A stretch of DNA of 24,000 nt from Trinickia terrae (lineage in GTDB: Bacteria; Pseudomonadota; Gammaproteobacteria; Burkholderiales; Burkholderiaceae), in the NCBI RefSeq assembly GCF_005144415.1, contig NZ_SWJE01000005.1:324134-348133 (forward strand), written 5' to 3'. Under the pieces are notes generated by a model that ran no database searches, was not told the origin of the DNA, and worked only from the letters and a program-made list of their open reading frames with translations. Positions 23,074 to 24,000 of this stretch are shown here, in pieces (the stretch's first letter is position 1; every line of letters starts with the position of its first letter). A program made the position numbers and the translations under genes.

Positions 23074-23295
23074 GGCTGCCGTGCATTCGTCCGGAGTCGT
23101 GATAGCGCTTGCCATTTTATCGCCCGCATGCGCCCTTCAAGCGCGCTTGCGCCTTATAGGCAGGCTTTGCCGTGCGATGCGTTGGCGCGCGTTCCGCGAC
23201 GTTCGGACCATCTCCTTGCAATGCTGCGGTTATGTGCTCGATCCTGCTGCGAAATATTTTTTTCGCTTGATGGTGCTGCTAAGCGCCGTGCTGCG

Positions 23296-23727
23296 TCATG
23301 CCTTGGCGCGCTTGGCTGGCGTTTGCCCGGACGCCGCCGCGCTGTTCTCCTCCAGCATCGCACGGCACTGCGTTTCGTATTGCGCCAGGTCTTCGAGCGT
23401 CGCGTTCAGGTCTTCCAGCTGGCGCTCGAGCACTTCGCGATGCTCGGCGATCGTCGTGAGGAAGGCATGGAGCTGGGGGACGGTATCGGTCGGCGACTCG
23501 TACAGGTTCAGCAGATCGCGAATCTCAGACAGCGTGAAGCCGAGCCGCTTGCCGCGCAGCGTGAGCTTCAAGCGCGTGCGGTCGCGGCTCGAATAGACGC
23601 GCCGCAGCCCGCTCGAGCCTTCGCGGCTCGGCGCGAGCAGGCCCTGGTCTTCGTAGAAGCGGATGGCGCGGGGCGTCACGTCGAATTCGCGGGCGAGTTC
23701 CGTGATCGTGTATTGCTGCTGAGTCAT
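23296..23727 (-). CDS. liuR: MerR-family transcriptional regulator, LiuR-like (branched-chain/leucine catabolism regulator type)
   Basis: A 143-aa protein. YTITELAREFDVTPRAIRFYEDQGLL…RVYSSRDRTRLKLTLRGKRLGFTLSEIRDLL is the MerR HTH plus the dimerisation helix. Assignment to LiuR rests on similarity to the family and on the divergent MBL-fold gene context, so the symbol is tentative. Confidence 0.8.
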   Translation of the reverse strand: MTQQQYTITELAREFDVTPRAIRFYEDQGLLAPSREGSSGLRRVYSSRDRTRLKLTLRGKRLGFTLSEIRDLLNLYESPTDTVPQLHAFLTTIAEHREVLERQLEDLNATLEDLAQYETQCRAMLEENSAAASGQTPAKRAKA

Positions 23728-23816
23728 GACAGGGCTGACGTTCGCTTGTGCGGTGTGCGCGGCCGGATCGGATCGACGACATCGGCCGTGCGCGGATACG
23801 GTTTGGAGATAGAATC

Positions 23817-23834
23817 GACGTTTACGTTATCGTC
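23817..23834. promoter_or_regulatory. imperfect palindrome GACGTTTACGTTATCGTC (14/18 self-complementary, ACGT-centred) in the liuR / MBL-hydrolase divergent region; candidate MerR/LiuR operator
   Basis: Read directly. It lies 57-74 nt upstream of ATG 23891 and 90-107 nt upstream of the liuR ATG. MerR-family operators are typically palindromes sitting between the -35 and -10 elements. Confidence 0.35.
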
Positions 23835-23890
23835 AACTTGAATAAAGCGCAACTGGCAGCCAGTGCGCGCCATCCCAACGAGATCCCCCG

Positions 23891-24000
23891 ATGAATGCGC
23901 TCGAACACCAACTCGACTATCCGTTTGCCGATACGCTGCCCGAAGCGGGCCACACGCGGGAGGTTGCGCCGGGCGTCTTCTGGCTGCGCATGCCGCTGCC
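23891..24000 (+). CDS. MBL-fold metallo-hydrolase, N-terminal fragment (3' end outside window)
   Basis: ATG at 23891. The translation MNALEHQLDYPFADTLPEAGHTREVAPGVFWLRMPLP is open to the window edge. The …V(A/T)PGV.WLRMPLP… start is typical of the MBL-fold proteins found beside liuR-like regulators in betaproteobacteria. Only 36 codons are visible. Confidence 0.55.
   Translation, partial: MNALEHQLDYPFADTLPEAGHTREVAPGVFWLRMPL

Noticed and set aside
23138-23149. Perfect 12-bp palindrome CAAGCGCGCTTG upstream of aceK
   Set aside because: Its core is GCGCGC. Short GC palindromes are expected frequently in DNA of this composition. There is no supporting context.
21430-23841. 803-aa plus-strand ORF antisense to aceK and liuR
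   Set aside because: It is a shadow ORF of the same kind, with Arg/Asp/Val-rich low-information sequence. The opposite strand encodes an unmistakable AceK and a MerR regulator.
1-24000. Scan for CRISPR arrays, tRNA/rRNA genes, IS elements, integrases, phage genes and long tandem repeats
   Set aside because: None was seen by eye. The only repeats are the short ones reported: a 15-bp x2 repeat in the Lrp tail, a hexamer x3 in the hydrolase, and a 9-bp x2 repeat upstream of the islet cassette. A computational tRNA or IS scan would be needed to be certain.

Overview
The window is a high-G+C chromosomal segment. Spot counts give about 73% G+C in core genes. Gene content and order look like a Burkholderia (pseudomallei-group-like) chromosome; this is inferred from composition and gene families, not from a search. 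Most of the window is ordinary core metabolism, almost all on the minus strand and organised as tightly packed operons.

Features, left to right:
- The 3' end of an alpha/beta hydrolase.
- A divergent Lrp/AsnC regulator and EamA transporter pair.
- A five-gene minus-strand unit, ghrA - HMG-CoA lyase - YbaK-like deacylase - DUF1289 Cys-rich protein - MaoC hot-dog dehydratase. The last three genes are joined by ATGA overlaps, and the unit ends at a bidirectional intrinsic terminator.
- A YdeN/RBBP9-type serine hydrolase.
- A Tat-exported non-haemolytic phospholipase C, preceded by a small low-complexity lipoprotein.
- The biotin operon bioA-bioF-bioD-bioB, with overlapping stop/start codons.
- A secreted alpha/beta hydrolase with a DUF4189-like C-terminal domain.
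- A minus-strand run of aceK, beta-carbonic anhydrase, thiolase, SDR, acyl-CoA dehydrogenase and ychJ.
- A LiuR-like MerR regulator, divergent from the start of an MBL-fold hydrolase.

No rRNA, tRNA, CRISPR array, transposase or integrase was seen.

The one clearly non-core element is a roughly 1.5 kb low-G+C islet (about 8880-10420, about 50-53% G+C by spot counts) lying between the phospholipase C operon and bioB.
- It carries two translationally coupled ORFs of no family I can recognise.
- The first is a 265-aa Cys/His-rich protein with a proline-rich linker and a C-terminal twin CX10C helical-hairpin-like motif.
- The second is a 91-aa mildly acidic partner that starts in a TGATG stop/start overlap.
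- The pair has its own GNRA-tetraloop terminator and its own upstream repeats.
- This is my best candidate for an undescribed system, for example an orphan effector/immunity or toxin/antitoxin-like pair. Its function is inference only.

The many long Arg/Ala-rich ORFs in the six-frame track are antisense or off-frame shadows typical of high-G+C DNA and were rejected.
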